64,000 nt of DNA from an uncultured Thermococci archaeon (GCA_964595645.1 CAZQQT010000006.1:32001-96000); one strand, 5' to 3'; shown: positions 9,494-20,750, counted from the stretch's first letter. The notes: generated by a model not told the origin, from the sequence alone. Numbers and translations are program-made.

Positions 9494-10389
9494 TTGAAAG
9501 CTCCTCTCGTCAACCCTGAAATTATATATCTTTGGAAGAGCAACGCAATGATTAGTGGTGGAATAGACCCTACTACACCTGCTGTTATCATGAGATCGTG
9601 AGGATTCATTTGAAGAGTGGAGGAAAACATGGAAATGACAACAGGAAGCGTATGAGAACCTATATCGCTAGTAAGTATTAACGCGAAGAAAAACTCATTC
9701 CAGCAGGTTAAAAAAACGAAAATAGCAACGGCAGCAAATCCTGGCGCAGCAATTGGCAACAAAATCCTGAAAATCACGCCAACTGTTCCACACCCATCAA
9801 TTTTAGCTGATTCTTCCATTTCGTAAGGTACAGTCTGAAAGTAGGAATAGAGCATCCATATAGCGTAGGGCAACATAAACGCCGTATAAACGAAAATTAA
9901 TCCTATATGGGTATTTATGAGTGCTAAATTCCTCAATATCATGTAAAGAGGGATTATAACAATCATGGCTGGAATCATGTTAAAAAAAAGTGTCATGAGC
10001 ATTAACTGATTTTTAGCCCTCATTTTAAAACGGGAGTACGCATAGGCAGGGAAAGATGCAAGCAAGAGTGTTAAAAGAGTTGATCCCATGGCCACAATAA
10101 AACTATTAAGCGATGCCCGTGGCACCCAGTACGCATAATCTGGCACAGCACCTTCCAAAGCTGAACCCTTTTGGTAACGTTGTTGGTGAAGAAGGATTGT
10201 TCTATAATTTATAAACGGATCTTCAGGATGGGGTTCAATCCGCGGGGTTTCTGAATGTAGTTCATAGGACGTTTGAAAACTTTGAATAACCATCCACGCA
10301 TATGGCAATAAAAGAAATCCGAAAATAATTAACGCTACTACAATAATAGGCGATTTTTTTAGGTACTTTAGTTTATTTATCACTTTCAT
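9490..10389 (-). CDS. CUT1 ABC transporter permease (MalG-like)
   Basis: EESAKIDG EAA loop, WNEFFFA, ISGLTRGAFK. Confidence 0.9.
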   Translation of the reverse strand: MKVINKLKYLKKSPIIVVALIIFGFLLLPYAWMVIQSFQTSYELHSETPRIEPHPEDPFINYRTILLHQQRYQKGSALEGAVPDYAYWVPRASLNSFIVAMGSTLLTLLLASFPAYAYSRFKMRAKNQLMLMTLFFNMIPAMIVIIPLYMILRNLALINTHIGLIFVYTAFMLPYAIWMLYSYFQTVPYEMEESAKIDGCGTVGVIFRILLPIAAPGFAAVAIFVFLTCWNEFFFALILTSDIGSHTLPVVISMFSSTLQMNPHDLMITAGVVGSIPPLIIALLFQRYIISGLTRGAFK

Positions 10390-10397
10390 GATATCAC

Positions 10398-11285
10398 TTA
10401 ATATACAACTTTTTTAGCCAAATACTTTATATAAAGGAAGGCGAGAGCGGCTGTGATGATAGCAAGAATATAAGCAGCTGTAGCTCCTTGTCCAAACCGA
10501 TAACTTTGAAATCCCTCGCGGTATACAAGCCATCCTAGCATTGTAGTACTATATCCTGGCCCACCTTGGGTCATGGCATATATTATATCGAATGTCCTGA
10601 GTAACCACATGCTCATAAACAGCACAACAATCATGATAGAGTTTCTTAAGAGGGGTAACGTGATGTGAAAAAATTCTTGAATTGTGCTTGCACCATCAAC
10701 CTTCGCAGCTTCATAAACCTCTTGGGGGATTGACTGTAATCCAGCAAGCAAAAACAGGGCTACAAAGGGCACAAATCTCCATATGGAAGCTACAGCAACT
10801 GTATAGATTGCGTTATCAGGAGAGCTTAACATGATTTTATAAGACTCCCAAATTCCCAACCTAGTCATGACATAGTTAAGCACTCCATAGTTACCATGAA
10901 AAATCCAACTCCACAGTAGCCCTATCACAATCGGGGGAATCGCCCAAGGTAAAAGAGCAAGACCGCGGGCAACCCCTCTTCCAAAAAATGATCTATTGAG
11001 TAGTAAAGCGAGCGCTAATCCAAGTAGCAACGCAAAAAAAAGTGTAAGGACAGTGAACTCCATCGTGTTCAAAAATGTTGTATGAAATTGTGGTTTCTTT
11101 AATATTCTTATATAATTAGATAGTCCCACAAATTTTATCGGTGGATTTGTTAAATCCCATTTATGTAGACTTACATAAAAAGAGTAAATGAGCGGAAAGA
11201 GGATTATGATAAATATGGTTGCATAGGCAGGAATACATGTAAAATAAAAAGGAAAAGAAAAATTTTTAAGTTTTTTAAGGTCCAT
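10398..11285 (-). CDS. CUT1 ABC transporter permease (MalF-like)
   Basis: LAGLQSIPQEVYEAAKVDGA, TQGGPG. Confidence 0.9.
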   Translation of the reverse strand: MDLKKLKNFSFPFYFTCIPAYATIFIIILFPLIYSFYVSLHKWDLTNPPIKFVGLSNYIRILKKPQFHTTFLNTMEFTVLTLFFALLLGLALALLLNRSFFGRGVARGLALLPWAIPPIVIGLLWSWIFHGNYGVLNYVMTRLGIWESYKIMLSSPDNAIYTVAVASIWRFVPFVALFLLAGLQSIPQEVYEAAKVDGASTIQEFFHITLPLLRNSIMIVVLFMSMWLLRTFDIIYAMTQGGPGYSTTMLGWLVYREGFQSYRFGQGATAAYILAIITAALAFLYIKYLAKKVVY

Positions 11286-11296
11286 TTAGCCATCAC

Positions 11297-12727
11297 CTAC
11301 TCGCCTGGAAGTCCATATTCATCAACGAAGTCTTCAAAGGCGTCGTAAATATTTTGAAGGGCTTGGTCGATCGAAATTTCACCTAATATTGCTTTTTGTA
11401 GGTTTGCTTCCACATGTTGCTCGGTAAACTCTAGGTGGAATCTCGTGTTCATTGGGGGCCACACGAAATGTGGTTGACTATGGAGATACTTCTCTTCCTG
11501 TTCCTGTAATGTCTCATAGCCCTCTTCACCAAAGACTTCTTCGAGACGCGCTTTAACTTCCGGATCTTTATCGACAGAGGGCCATGGTGATCCCCCTAGC
11601 CATTCTAACCGTCTTAATTTGCCCATTTCAGGACCGCCGAACCATTGCACAAATTCCCATGCTGCTCGTTTATATGCCTCGCCTTTTTGTTCGCAACCTT
11701 TTGTAATAGACCAAGAAGTTGTTTTGTACCATGTTTCATGAGTTCCTGGAAAGTGCATAAGACCCCACTGGTCAACTACATCTGAGGATTCCAGATCGTT
11801 GTACTTAAATGCACCGTAACCAGCACCCATAAGAAAAGCAGACTCTCCTTTCAAAAACTTACTTTCGACGTCAAAGTTATTCATTTCAAAACATGCGGGC
11901 GAAATAATTTCATGTTTGTTCAGCATGTCGTGGACGAGTTGGACAGCCTTACCAGCTCCTGAATTTTCTTCGAGGAATAGCGGATTCCAATCTTCACTCC
12001 AGAAGGGGCGTTCATTCTGGGGGGAAAGGTTCAGAGCAAGTGTCTGCCAGAGCCAATCCAATCTTCGTTCTACGGGTTTTAATTGTAACCATAGAGGGTG
12101 TTCCATTCCTTTTTTCTCTTTTAGATCAAGGCATATTTGAATCAATTCGTCCCATGTCTCAGGAGGTTCATCGTATCCCACTTCCTTAAGAAGCTCTTTG
12201 TTGTAAAACATGCACCATGTTAGCGTATACCAGGCTCCGCCTCCATATACCTTTCCGTTGTAACCCCATGCTTTAAGCTGTTCCTCTGACAAAGGTTGTT
12301 TCCACTCTTCAAATCCGGGTAGATCGTTAAGGGGTATAATCCAATTCGCAGCCGCCCAGCTTGAAGTGTACCCTGCTTCCACTAACACAACATCGACCTT
12401 TTCAGGATTTGCCACAAACAAGGTCTTCACTTTTTGTTGCAAATCCGCCTCTCCGTGGTATGTTACCGTAACATTTGGATGATTTGCCTCATAGTGTTTA
12501 TCTATCATCTCATTTACCCACTCTGTCTTCCATCTCACGCCGTAGACCTCTAATTCAATTGGTTCAGGTGCTTCTGTTGTTGTCGGTGCTTCTGTTGTTG
12601 TCGGTGCTTCTGTTGTTGTCGGTGCAGGAGTTTCCTCTCCCCCACCGATACATCCCAGTACCAAAGAAATTGATATCAGAAGACAGCTCAAAGCCACTGC
12701 CTTCTTATATTTCTTTCGTTTCGTCAT
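11297..12727 (-). CDS. ABC substrate-binding lipoprotein (family 1)
   Basis: Signal peptide, GCIGG lipobox, PTTTEA linker, MFYNKELL, PPETWDEL. Confidence 0.88.
   Translation of the reverse strand: MTKRKKYKKAVALSCLLISISLVLGCIGGGEETPAPTTTEAPTTTEAPTTTEAPEPIELEVYGVRWKTEWVNEMIDKHYEANHPNVTVTYHGEADLQQKVKTLFVANPEKVDVVLVEAGYTSSWAAANWIIPLNDLPGFEEWKQPLSEEQLKAWGYNGKVYGGGAWYTLTWCMFYNKELLKEVGYDEPPETWDELIQICLDLKEKKGMEHPLWLQLKPVERRLDWLWQTLALNLSPQNERPFWSEDWNPLFLEENSGAGKAVQLVHDMLNKHEIISPACFEMNNFDVESKFLKGESAFLMGAGYGAFKYNDLESSDVVDQWGLMHFPGTHETWYKTTSWSITKGCEQKGEAYKRAAWEFVQWFGGPEMGKLRRLEWLGGSPWPSVDKDPEVKARLEEVFGEEGYETLQEQEEKYLHSQPHFVWPPMNTRFHLEFTEQHVEANLQKAILGEISIDQALQNIYDAFEDFVDEYGLPGE
12567..12625. repeat. 18-bp tandem repeat x3.3 encoding the PTTTEA linker
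   Basis: (GGTGCTTCTGTTGTTGTC)3 GGTGC, perfect copies. Confidence 0.9.
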
Positions 12728-12774
12728 CTTTATTCACCACCTATATCTGGATAATATTTTTATTTAAGAGTTTT

Positions 12775-12787
12775 CCCAGCATATGCC
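12775..12787 (-). promoter_or_regulatory. GCATATGC operator site 2
   Basis: Minus strand GGCATATGCTGGG-AAAACT-CTTAAATA upstream of the substrate-binding protein gene. Confidence 0.75.
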
Positions 12788-12797
12788 TGCTAAAAGG

Positions 12798-13484
12798 CTA
12801 TCCTTTTTTTAATAGATATTGTGTATCTATAACTGCTCCATAATAAGCTCCCATATTCGCAATAGAGTTATTATGGATTCTCTCATTAAAATCACCACAC
12901 GCATCATCTACAATATAATTAAAATATCCTAGGTCGGCAGATGCCCTCACAGAACTCTCAACACACCCACTGGTAACAACACCTGTATAAATTAAATTGT
13001 ATATCTCCATGTTCCTCAAAGTATAGTTCAAAGATGTTGAAGTGAATATACTAGCAGTAGTCTTCTTAAAAATCATTTCATTAGGTTTAGGTTCTAGTTC
13101 ATCGATTATTTTCCCCCAAAAAGAGTTAGGTGCTGTAAACAGATTTAGCAACTTATGAGACAAACATCGTTCTCTTCCATCCTCAGTTAATGATTCTCCA
13201 GCAGTGTATATAATTTCGTAATCTCTCTTTCTAAAAACTTTGATGAGATTTTTTATATTTTTCTTTATCAGATCGTATCTTTTAGTATAATAATGATATT
13301 CGTCTTCGAATCCAGCCTCTCTTAACATTGAAAGAATTCCTCCTTCTCGAGGATTGAGACTATTTTGCATATCAACTACTATTAAAGCAGTGTTCTGTTT
13401 TCTAATGGGTTTGAATTCTTCAACAGACTCTCGATTCTCCTTTCGAACCTCGGACCAAAACTTATATATTGAATAAGTTTTCAT
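12798..13484 (-). CDS. Isochorismatase-family cysteine hydrolase
   Basis: ALIVVDMQN, FKKTTASIF, GVVTSGCVESSVR (D-K-C triad). Confidence 0.88.
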   Translation of the reverse strand: MKTYSIYKFWSEVRKENRESVEEFKPIRKQNTALIVVDMQNSLNPREGGILSMLREAGFEDEYHYYTKRYDLIKKNIKNLIKVFRKRDYEIIYTAGESLTEDGRERCLSHKLLNLFTAPNSFWGKIIDELEPKPNEMIFKKTTASIFTSTSLNYTLRNMEIYNLIYTGVVTSGCVESSVRASADLGYFNYIVDDACGDFNERIHNNSIANMGAYYGAVIDTQYLLKKG

Positions 13485-13521
13485 ACCAAAAACATCTACG
13501 TAAAATTTTATTTAGGATTTT

Positions 13522-13533
13522 CCAGCATATGCC
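13522..13533 (-). promoter_or_regulatory. GCATATGC operator site 3
   Basis: Minus strand GGCATATGCTGG-AAAATC-CTAAATA. Confidence 0.75.
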
Positions 13534-13621
13534 TATCAGAATCAATATACTTTTTAAATCTATATGGATTGTATAATTCTTACACAAATGAAAAAGGAAA
13601 AAGTAAAATACGTGGAAATTC

Positions 13622-14557
13622 TCAAAACAAATCGAGCTCAATACTATTTGATGCTTCTGTGATTCTACTCCATTCTTCTTTACTTAATTTTAGTTCTGCA
13701 GCCTTAAGATTGCTTTCTACATGTTCTATCTTTTTTGCGCCCACTACAGGAAATACATTTTCATACTTAAGTAGCCAACCTATCGCAACTTGAGGTATTT
13801 CAACGCCATGTGTTTTGGCGATATTTCTCATAACATCAAACAGAGGTTTTGCTCTTTTCGCATTTTCCTTCTTAAATATAGGGAATTTTTTTCTAGTGTC
13901 CTCCTCTGGGATCCAATTACTCTTGGTGTACTTCCCTGTCAAGAATCCAGTGGCTAAAGGAGAATACGCCATTACAGCAATATCATTTTTTCTCAAGAAA
14001 GGAAAGAATTCCTCCTCTATATCCCTTATAAGTACATTGTATTCTAGCTGATTTACGATTATCTTTCCATTTTTAAGCAGTTCCATGGCTTCTTGAACAA
14101 GGCATACTGGAAGATTAGACACTCCCACGTATCTCACTTTACCTTCTTGTAGTAATGTGTCAAAGGCCTCTATGGCTCCAGAAATGATAGGATAACAATC
14201 TAACCGGTGTATTAAAAACAGATCGATAGTATCAATCTGTAGACGTTTTAAACTTTTTTCTGCAGCTTTTATCACGTCTTTGTATCTTAAATGTCGTGGT
14301 AACACTTTTGTTGCTATTACAACTTCACCTCGGTTACCTCTCTCCTTGAGAGCCTCGCCAATAACAGATTCGGAATACCCGTCTCCGTAGCTTTCAGCAG
14401 TATCTATAAAATTGATCCCACTGTCTAATGATTTATTAATAATTGACTTAATTGTTTTCTTATCTCTTAAATTTCCACTGCTCCCACAAAACTGCCATCC
14501 TCCTAAAGCAATTCTCGATACCTCTAAATCACTTTTTCCTAGTTTTTTATATTCCAT
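13622..14557 (-). CDS. Aldo/keto reductase
   Basis: IDTAESYG, IATKV, GVSN, YSPLATGFLTGK. Confidence 0.9.
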   Translation of the reverse strand: MEYKKLGKSDLEVSRIALGGWQFCGSSGNLRDKKTIKSIINKSLDSGINFIDTAESYGDGYSESVIGEALKERGNRGEVVIATKVLPRHLRYKDVIKAAEKSLKRLQIDTIDLFLIHRLDCYPIISGAIEAFDTLLQEGKVRYVGVSNLPVCLVQEAMELLKNGKIIVNQLEYNVLIRDIEEEFFPFLRKNDIAVMAYSPLATGFLTGKYTKSNWIPEEDTRKKFPIFKKENAKRAKPLFDVMRNIAKTHGVEIPQVAIGWLLKYENVFPVVGAKKIEHVESNLKAAELKLSKEEWSRITEASNSIELDLF

Positions 14558-14620
14558 TCGTGTAATACCTCCTCGTAGTCTCTATTTACATTTATCCATT
14601 ATTCATTATATCAATTTTTT

Positions 14621-14636
14621 TCCTGCATATGTCGGG
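14621..14636. promoter_or_regulatory. GCATATG(T) operator site 4, between divergent promoters
   Basis: TCCTGCATATGTCGGG with AT-rich TATA-like elements on both sides. Confidence 0.7.
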
Positions 14637-14702
14637 ACAAACTTAATTAAATATACTTGTCAGTAGTAGTCAGTCTATTATTTTTTGAGAGGTGTTTAAA
14701 GA

Positions 14703-15671
14703 ATGACGTCAAAAGAATTGAACGTAGGAGTAGTTGGATTGGGATACATTTCTCAAAATGTACATCTCCGATCTATACTCTCTATAGAAAACGTAAATCT
14801 TAGAGCAATTTGTGACATCGAAGAAGAATGTGTTGTAAGAACGGAGGGAAAATGTAACGTAACTGAAAAGTACTGTGACCCCAAGGAAATGGCTGAGGAA
14901 AGCGGTGTGGACTGTGTAATTGTCGCAACAAAGCCGGACAATACTCATCCAAAAATAAGCAATATGTTCCTGGAAGCTGGAATAGACGTATTTTGCGAAA
15001 AGGCAATGGCCACAACACTAAAAAACGCCAAAAAAATGGTTGAAACTGCAAAAAAAGAAGAAAAAATATTAATGATAGGATTTAACAGAAGGTTTATGCC
15101 AATATCTAAAAAAGCTAAGGAAATATTGAAGGGTAAAGAATTAGATGCAGTAATACATACCTTCAATGGGTTCAGCCCAAAACCAAGAGCTCTACTTGGC
15201 AATCCTCATCCCGTTGATTTGCTCCGACATTTCTGTGAAGGAGAAGTCACCAATGTAGAGTGCACTGCTAAGTTTGATGAAGAGTATAGTGAACAAAGTA
15301 TCGTGAGTACTATAGACTTTGACTCAAATGTGACCGGCGTTCTAGTATTTGAAAATAACTGTGGAGGATATGCTGAAAATGTGGTAATACATGGAGGAAA
15401 ATACTCTGTAGCCGTAGATATGATCACGCAGACGACTTCGTACTTAGAAGGGAGCAATACTGGCATTTTCAATCCTCAGGAGTGGGCACGATGGAAACCC
15501 TCAAAATGGCTAGGGTTTGAAGGCATTAACGGATTCAAACAAGAGCTAGAAGAATTCTTTGACTGCGTGAGGACAAGGAGAAAACCTAAATTCGATGCAG
15601 AAGACGCGTATAAATCTCATGTGTTGGTAGACCAGATTTACAAGGAAGGAGGACTTCCTGGATTGGAATAA
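14703..15671 (+). CDS. Gfo/Idh/MocA oxidoreductase
   Basis: VGVVGLGYIS, VFCEKAMA, GFNRRF. Confidence 0.88.
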   Translation: MTSKELNVGVVGLGYISQNVHLRSILSIENVNLRAICDIEEECVVRTEGKCNVTEKYCDPKEMAEESGVDCVIVATKPDNTHPKISNMFLEAGIDVFCEKAMATTLKNAKKMVETAKKEEKILMIGFNRRFMPISKKAKEILKGKELDAVIHTFNGFSPKPRALLGNPHPVDLLRHFCEGEVTNVECTAKFDEEYSEQSIVSTIDFDSNVTGVLVFENNCGGYAENVVIHGGKYSVAVDMITQTTSYLEGSNTGIFNPQEWARWKPSKWLGFEGINGFKQELEEFFDCVRTRRKPKFDAEDAYKSHVLVDQIYKEGGLPGLE

Positions 15672-15679
15672 AGAGGTGA

Positions 15680-17044
15680 ATGAAAATGGAAAAACTACCA
15701 AAAATAAAAACGGAAATTCCCGGATCAAAGGGGAAAGTGCTTAGAGAACGAGAAAAAAAGGTTTTTGGTAAAGTATGGAATGAAGAGAAATTCCTGCCCG
15801 TATGGGTAGAACGAGGAGAAGGATGCATGGTAAAGGATGTTGACGGAAATACATTTCTTGACTTTATGGCAAGCGACTACAATCTCGGACATACCCACCC
15901 TGATATAGTAAAGGCTATTCAAGAACAGTCTCAAGACCTTATTTTGTATCTAGGGTTCGCCGGTTTTTGGGAAAGTATTTTAGATTTTTCTGAAAAACTC
16001 CTGGAACTTTCTCCCGGCAAATTAAAAAATGGCAAAGTTGTTACCGCAACTGGAGGAAGTGAAATAGTAGACTTTGCTGTCATGACAGCCCGCCAAGTGA
16101 CACGAAAACCCCTACTCATTTCATACTTGGGGGGATATCATGGCACTACTTCGGCAGTAATGCATTATACTACAAGAAATAGTAAACTCCGTAGAGGACT
16201 CTTCCCTTCAGTAGAAGATAATGTGTTTTTACCGTACCCATACTGTTACCGTTGTCCAATGAACTGTGAGTACCCTGGGTGCGATTTTGCGTGCATAGAT
16301 TACCTAAAATACACATTAGATACGGTTGCACCCCCAGATGAAGTTGCAGCACTACTTTTCGAATCGATGCAAGGGCCGGGAGGATACATTATTCCACCTG
16401 AGGGGTACTGGAAAGAGGTAAAGAAAGTGTGCGATGAAAATGGCATTATGATGATCGCAGATGAAATAATTACTTCTATATGGCGTACAGGAACTATGTA
16501 TGCGTTTGAACACTGGGATATAGTGCCTGATATTGTGTGTCTAGCTAAGTCATTAGCCATGGGGGCCCCACTTTCAGCCTTCGTAGCAAAAAAAGAAATT
16601 GTGGACGACGTCTACAATATTCATGGCCCAGGCTCTGCAGCAGCAGTCAGTTTTGGCGGAAATCCAATAGGATGTGCAGCAGCTTTGGCCGGATTTGAAG
16701 CGGTGGAAAGAGATAACCTCGATAAAAACGCACTGGAGAGAGGAAAACAATTCAAAAAGGGATTTGAAGAGCTTAAAGAAGAATACGAACAGATTGGAGA
16801 AATAAGATCAATGGGGCTATGGAACGGAGTTGAGCTGGTAGAAGATCCAAAGACGAAAAAACCCGCCACGAAACAAGCAAAGGAAATAGTATGGGAAGCA
16901 TACAAAAATGGACTAATAATGGGTACCTATGGCGTATACAGTAACGTACTGCGATTCTTCCCTCCGCTTATTGTAGAGGAGGAACAGATAGATAAAGCAC
17001 TGGAAATACTCCAAGATGCATTTAAAAAAGTTTTTAAAGGGTGA
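15680..17044 (+). CDS. Class III PLP aminotransferase (GabT-like fold), paralog 1
   Basis: DVDGNTFLDF, YHGTT, IADEII, PDIVCLAK, SFGGNP. Confidence 0.88.
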   Translation: MKMEKLPKIKTEIPGSKGKVLREREKKVFGKVWNEEKFLPVWVERGEGCMVKDVDGNTFLDFMASDYNLGHTHPDIVKAIQEQSQDLILYLGFAGFWESILDFSEKLLELSPGKLKNGKVVTATGGSEIVDFAVMTARQVTRKPLLISYLGGYHGTTSAVMHYTTRNSKLRRGLFPSVEDNVFLPYPYCYRCPMNCEYPGCDFACIDYLKYTLDTVAPPDEVAALLFESMQGPGGYIIPPEGYWKEVKKVCDENGIMMIADEIITSIWRTGTMYAFEHWDIVPDIVCLAKSLAMGAPLSAFVAKKEIVDDVYNIHGPGSAAAVSFGGNPIGCAAALAGFEAVERDNLDKNALERGKQFKKGFEELKEEYEQIGEIRSMGLWNGVELVEDPKTKKPATKQAKEIVWEAYKNGLIMGTYGVYSNVLRFFPPLIVEEEQIDKALEILQDAFKKVFKG

Positions 17045-18227
17045 TAGTATGGTGGATTTATATAAAAAGGTAAACTATAGATTTAAGGATGGAAAACCTG
17101 GAGAGACAAGCCTTGTGAGAGATGAAGTTAGTGGAAAAAAGGATGTAATTGACCTCGGGTACGGAGAAGTAGACTTCGATACACCTTCTCATATAAAAGA
17201 AGCTGCAAAAAAAGCGATTGATAGCGGATTCACAAGATACGCACTGCCAACGAGTGGCATAGACGAACTGAGAAATGCGATTGCAGAACATGAAAAAAAA
17301 TATAATAATATAAACGCGGATCCCAATGAGAATATACTTGCTACAGTAGGAGGACAACTTTCGATCCATCTAGCACTCCAAACAGTCCTTAATCCCGGAG
17401 ACGAAGTTATCATCGCCGATCCCTGCTTCATGTCTTACCATCCGGCGATAAACTTTGCAGGAGGAAAGTTAAAACCCGTAGAGGTAAGAGATGAGAGAGA
17501 ATCGAGAATCGATCCAGAGGATGTGAAAGAAGCGATAACACCGAACACAAAAGTAATTGTACTCGTCAGTCCTGACAATCCAACCGGATCTGTACTCGAA
17601 AGGGGAGATGTCAAAGCAATTAGTGAAATCGCACTCGATAATGACCTCGTTGTCCTTTCTGATGAGATTTATAGTAGATTTGTCTACGATGGTAAAAAAA
17701 ACTATAGTATAGCTTCATTTCCAGATATGCTAGAGAGGACAATCACTATAAACGGATTTTCAAAGGCATACGCAATGACTGGATGGAGAATCGGCTATAT
17801 TATAGCTGGAGAGTACTTAATGAACTATCTCAACAAACTACATACCAACTATGTACTCACCATCACCTCTTTCGTCCAGAAAGGCGCTGTTGCTGCACTT
17901 CAGAGTTCACAGGAGTGTGTTGACGAAATCGTAACTACCTGTGAAAGTAGGCTCGAGGCGCTGGTGAATGGTATACAGGATGCGAAAGGTATTACATGTA
18001 AAAAACCGAAGGGATCATTCTATGCCTACCCAAATGTCGAAGCTACTGGAATGAGTTCTCTCGAACTGGCCAAATACATCGCAAGGGAAGCACGAGTTGT
18101 TACCTACCCCGGTACAGCCTTCGGACCTAGTGGGGAAGGACATCTGCGAATAGCAACATCAGCTACAAATGAAGAAAGAATAAAAGAAGCTGCCGAAAGA
18201 ATTACAGAGGCGTGTGAAAAGCTGTAA
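17016..18227 (+). CDS. Class I/II PLP aminotransferase (AspC-like); start probably 17049
   Basis: PDNPTG, SDEIY, NGFSKAYAMTGWRIG. Confidence 0.9.
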   Translation: MHLKKFLKGDSMVDLYKKVNYRFKDGKPGETSLVRDEVSGKKDVIDLGYGEVDFDTPSHIKEAAKKAIDSGFTRYALPTSGIDELRNAIAEHEKKYNNINADPNENILATVGGQLSIHLALQTVLNPGDEVIIADPCFMSYHPAINFAGGKLKPVEVRDERESRIDPEDVKEAITPNTKVIVLVSPDNPTGSVLERGDVKAISEIALDNDLVVLSDEIYSRFVYDGKKNYSIASFPDMLERTITINGFSKAYAMTGWRIGYIIAGEYLMNYLNKLHTNYVLTITSFVQKGAVAALQSSQECVDEIVTTCESRLEALVNGIQDAKGITCKKPKGSFYAYPNVEATGMSSLELAKYIAREARVVTYPGTAFGPSGEGHLRIATSATNEERIKEAAERITEACEKL

Positions 18228-18315
18228 CAAAGTCTTAAATCTATTTTTTTATTATTTTTTTGTTTAATTTTAAAATTACGTTACTCACTGAAAACACAAT
18301 ATATTCTACTCTAGA

Positions 18316-19502
18316 GTGGCGAATAAAATGAAAATTAATCTCCATCTCCACTGGAAGATGGTAGGAGTAATCTATATCTCCCTAATAGTACTTAATATAA
18401 ACCTCTTTTCAATACCTCCGATACTAACAACTTTAATAAAAGACATGGGGGTAAATCATGTGGAAGCGGGATCGTTAATGACTTCTTATGTTGCTCTTTC
18501 CTGTGGTTCTCATCTGCTCGCAGGTATATTAGGGAATAGGGTGGGATTCAAAAAGATCATGGAGATGGGATTGTTAATAGTTTTTTCCTCCTCTTTACTT
18601 TTCACCTACGTCACCACCTTCATTTTCATGATAGCACTGAGAGGAGTGAGCGGAATTGGTTCTGCATTTATGCGATCACCCTGTATTGCTTATATAATTT
18701 CGTGGCCCCCATTAAAGAAAAGACCAGTGGAGTGAGTGGGCACTTAGTATCACTAAACATTGAAACTGGAATAGCATTCTTAATCACCCCTGTGATCATA
18801 GCAGTATATTCATGAAGATCATTGCTTAGATGTTACGCTATTTTAGGATTTGTAGCACTTGTTTTCTTTCTTATTATAGGTAAAGAGCCTGTAAAGGGTG
18901 ATGTGGTACAAAATACCACAACTTTCGAACAAATAAAGAAAATTTTCACCCTTCAAGTTATATCACTTGCTATAAATACTATTCATCGCTTATTTTCAAA
19001 TAGGAGGGAATATCGTATGGCTCCCCTCTTGGCTGGAAGAAGGATGTCTATTCAGTCCAACCAAGGTTGGATTGGGATCGATGATATTTATTTTGTTTGG
19101 AATTCCCAGTGCACTCTTCGGCGGATACCTGGCAGACAAAATGCAGAATGTTATACAGCTAAGTATGGCTGGAATGGTAATATCAGCAGGTAATATTTCT
19201 TACATATGGCTAGAAAAAAGTTCTTTTTTCTCATTTTGTTGTCTATTATTGTTGCACGGTGGGGAGCGTTTATGGCCATAGGACCACTGTTATCTCTCGT
19301 ACCAAAATTCGTGCATTATCGTTCCAGAGGTGCAGCAGTTGGATTTGTCAATACTATCGCTCTTTCTGATGCGCTCTTATCTTCTTTTGTTGGAGGCTAC
19401 ATAATTAAACAGATGGGAGGATATCAGTTAATCTGGATAATTTTTTCGGGAATTCTTCTGTTTTCTGTCTTTGTACTGCATCCTCTCGTACAAAAAAATT
19501 AA
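18316..19502 (+). pseudogene. MFS transporter, fragmented
   Basis: Four consecutive hydrophobic ORF pieces with MFS motifs (GILGNRVG, GGYLADK, RGAAVGFVN), frameshifts, and an in-frame TGA in YS*RSL. Confidence 0.8.
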
Positions 19503-19541
19503 ATAAAAAATAGTATTTCTACCTTCAAAAGCTGATCAAAA

Positions 19542-20636
19542 TTAAAAAAGAGCTTCTCCAGTTTTTTTAAATACATGTATTTTAGATGTATCTATAACTA
19601 AAGAAACAGTATCTCCCATATCTGCCGTTGTTCTTGGATCGACTTCAGCGGTAAATTCCTTTCCTCCTTTCTTGAGGTATAGAAACACATCTGAACCTAA
19701 CGTTTCTTTTACCTCAACGCTCGCTTCAATTCTTCCCTCTTCGGTCCTTGAAACGAACTCGGCATCGTGGATGTCTTCTGGTCTTATACCGAACGTTACA
19801 TCTTTGCTTATATAATCTTCCAAGGGATCTCTCAATCCAGAGGGTACTTTTATCTTGAAACATCCTGTATCTAGGTATAAAACATCATCTTTCTCGATAA
19901 TGGTAGCATCAAAGAAATTCATTGAAGGTGACCCGATGAATCCTGCCACAAATTCGTTTTCTGGATGGTCATATAACTGCTGAGGTGTATCTATCTGTTG
20001 AATCTCTCCTCCTTTTAACACGACTATTCTCTCGCCCATTGTCATGGCTTCTGCTTGATCATGGGTCACGTATATACTAGTAGTCTTTAGTTTTTGATGA
20101 AGTCTTATCAGTTCAGTTCTAGTCTGAATTCGCAATTTCGCATCGAGATTACTTAATGGTTCATCAAACAGGAAGACTTCAGGATACCTCACAATTGATC
20201 TCCCTAAAGCCACTCTCTGTCTCTGTCCTCCGGATAGTTCTTTCGGTTTTCTCTCTAATAAGTCTTCTATTTCCAAAAGAGCTGCTGTTTCGTGAACTCT
20301 TTCGTCTATTTCTTCCTTTGGAAATTTTTTAAGCCTGAGAGAAAAGCTCATATTTTCATAAACATTCATATGCGGATATAGCGCGTAATTCTGAAACACC
20401 ATTGCAATGTCTCTATCTTTAGGAGGTAACCCATTCACTAGTTTATCTCCGATATACATTTCCCCCTCATCTACGTTTTCTAATCCTGCTAAGCATCGGA
20501 GGGTCGTAGACTTCCCACAGCCGGAAGGACCAATTAGAACAAGAAACTCGCCTTCTTTTGCTTCAAAGCTAATATCCTCTACTGCCACTACATCTCCGAA
20601 TTTTTTTGATACAGAGTCAAATTCTACCCTTGCCAT
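19542..20636 (-). CDS. MalK/MsmX-type ABC ATPase
   Basis: GPSGCGKST, LSGGQRQR, LFDEPLSNLDAK, TOBE domain. Confidence 0.93.
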   Translation of the reverse strand: MARVEFDSVSKKFGDVVAVEDISFEAKEGEFLVLIGPSGCGKSTTLRCLAGLENVDEGEMYIGDKLVNGLPPKDRDIAMVFQNYALYPHMNVYENMSFSLRLKKFPKEEIDERVHETAALLEIEDLLERKPKELSGGQRQRVALGRSIVRYPEVFLFDEPLSNLDAKLRIQTRTELIRLHQKLKTTSIYVTHDQAEAMTMGERIVVLKGGEIQQIDTPQQLYDHPENEFVAGFIGSPSMNFFDATIIEKDDVLYLDTGCFKIKVPSGLRDPLEDYISKDVTFGIRPEDIHDAEFVSRTEEGRIEASVEVKETLGSDVFLYLKKGGKEFTAEVDPRTTADMGDTVSLVIDTSKIHVFKKTGEALF

Positions 20637-20733
20637 ATATCTCACTTTCTCCACTTCGTTTATGAAGTCAACAACCTATAAATTTGTTACAAACTTGATA
20701 TTCCTTAAACACATTTTCTATATAAATCTTTTT

Positions 20734-20750
20734 CCAATATAGTTGCTGGG
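20734..20750. promoter_or_regulatory. Degenerate operator site 5, between divergent promoters
   Basis: CCAATATAGTTGCTGGG with AAAAA-TTATA on one side and AAAAAGATTTATATA on the other strand. Confidence 0.45.

Noticed and set aside
12567-12625. Short perfect repeats that might be a CRISPR array
   Set aside because: No spacers; they encode the Thr/Pro linker. No CRISPR array or cas gene was seen in the window.
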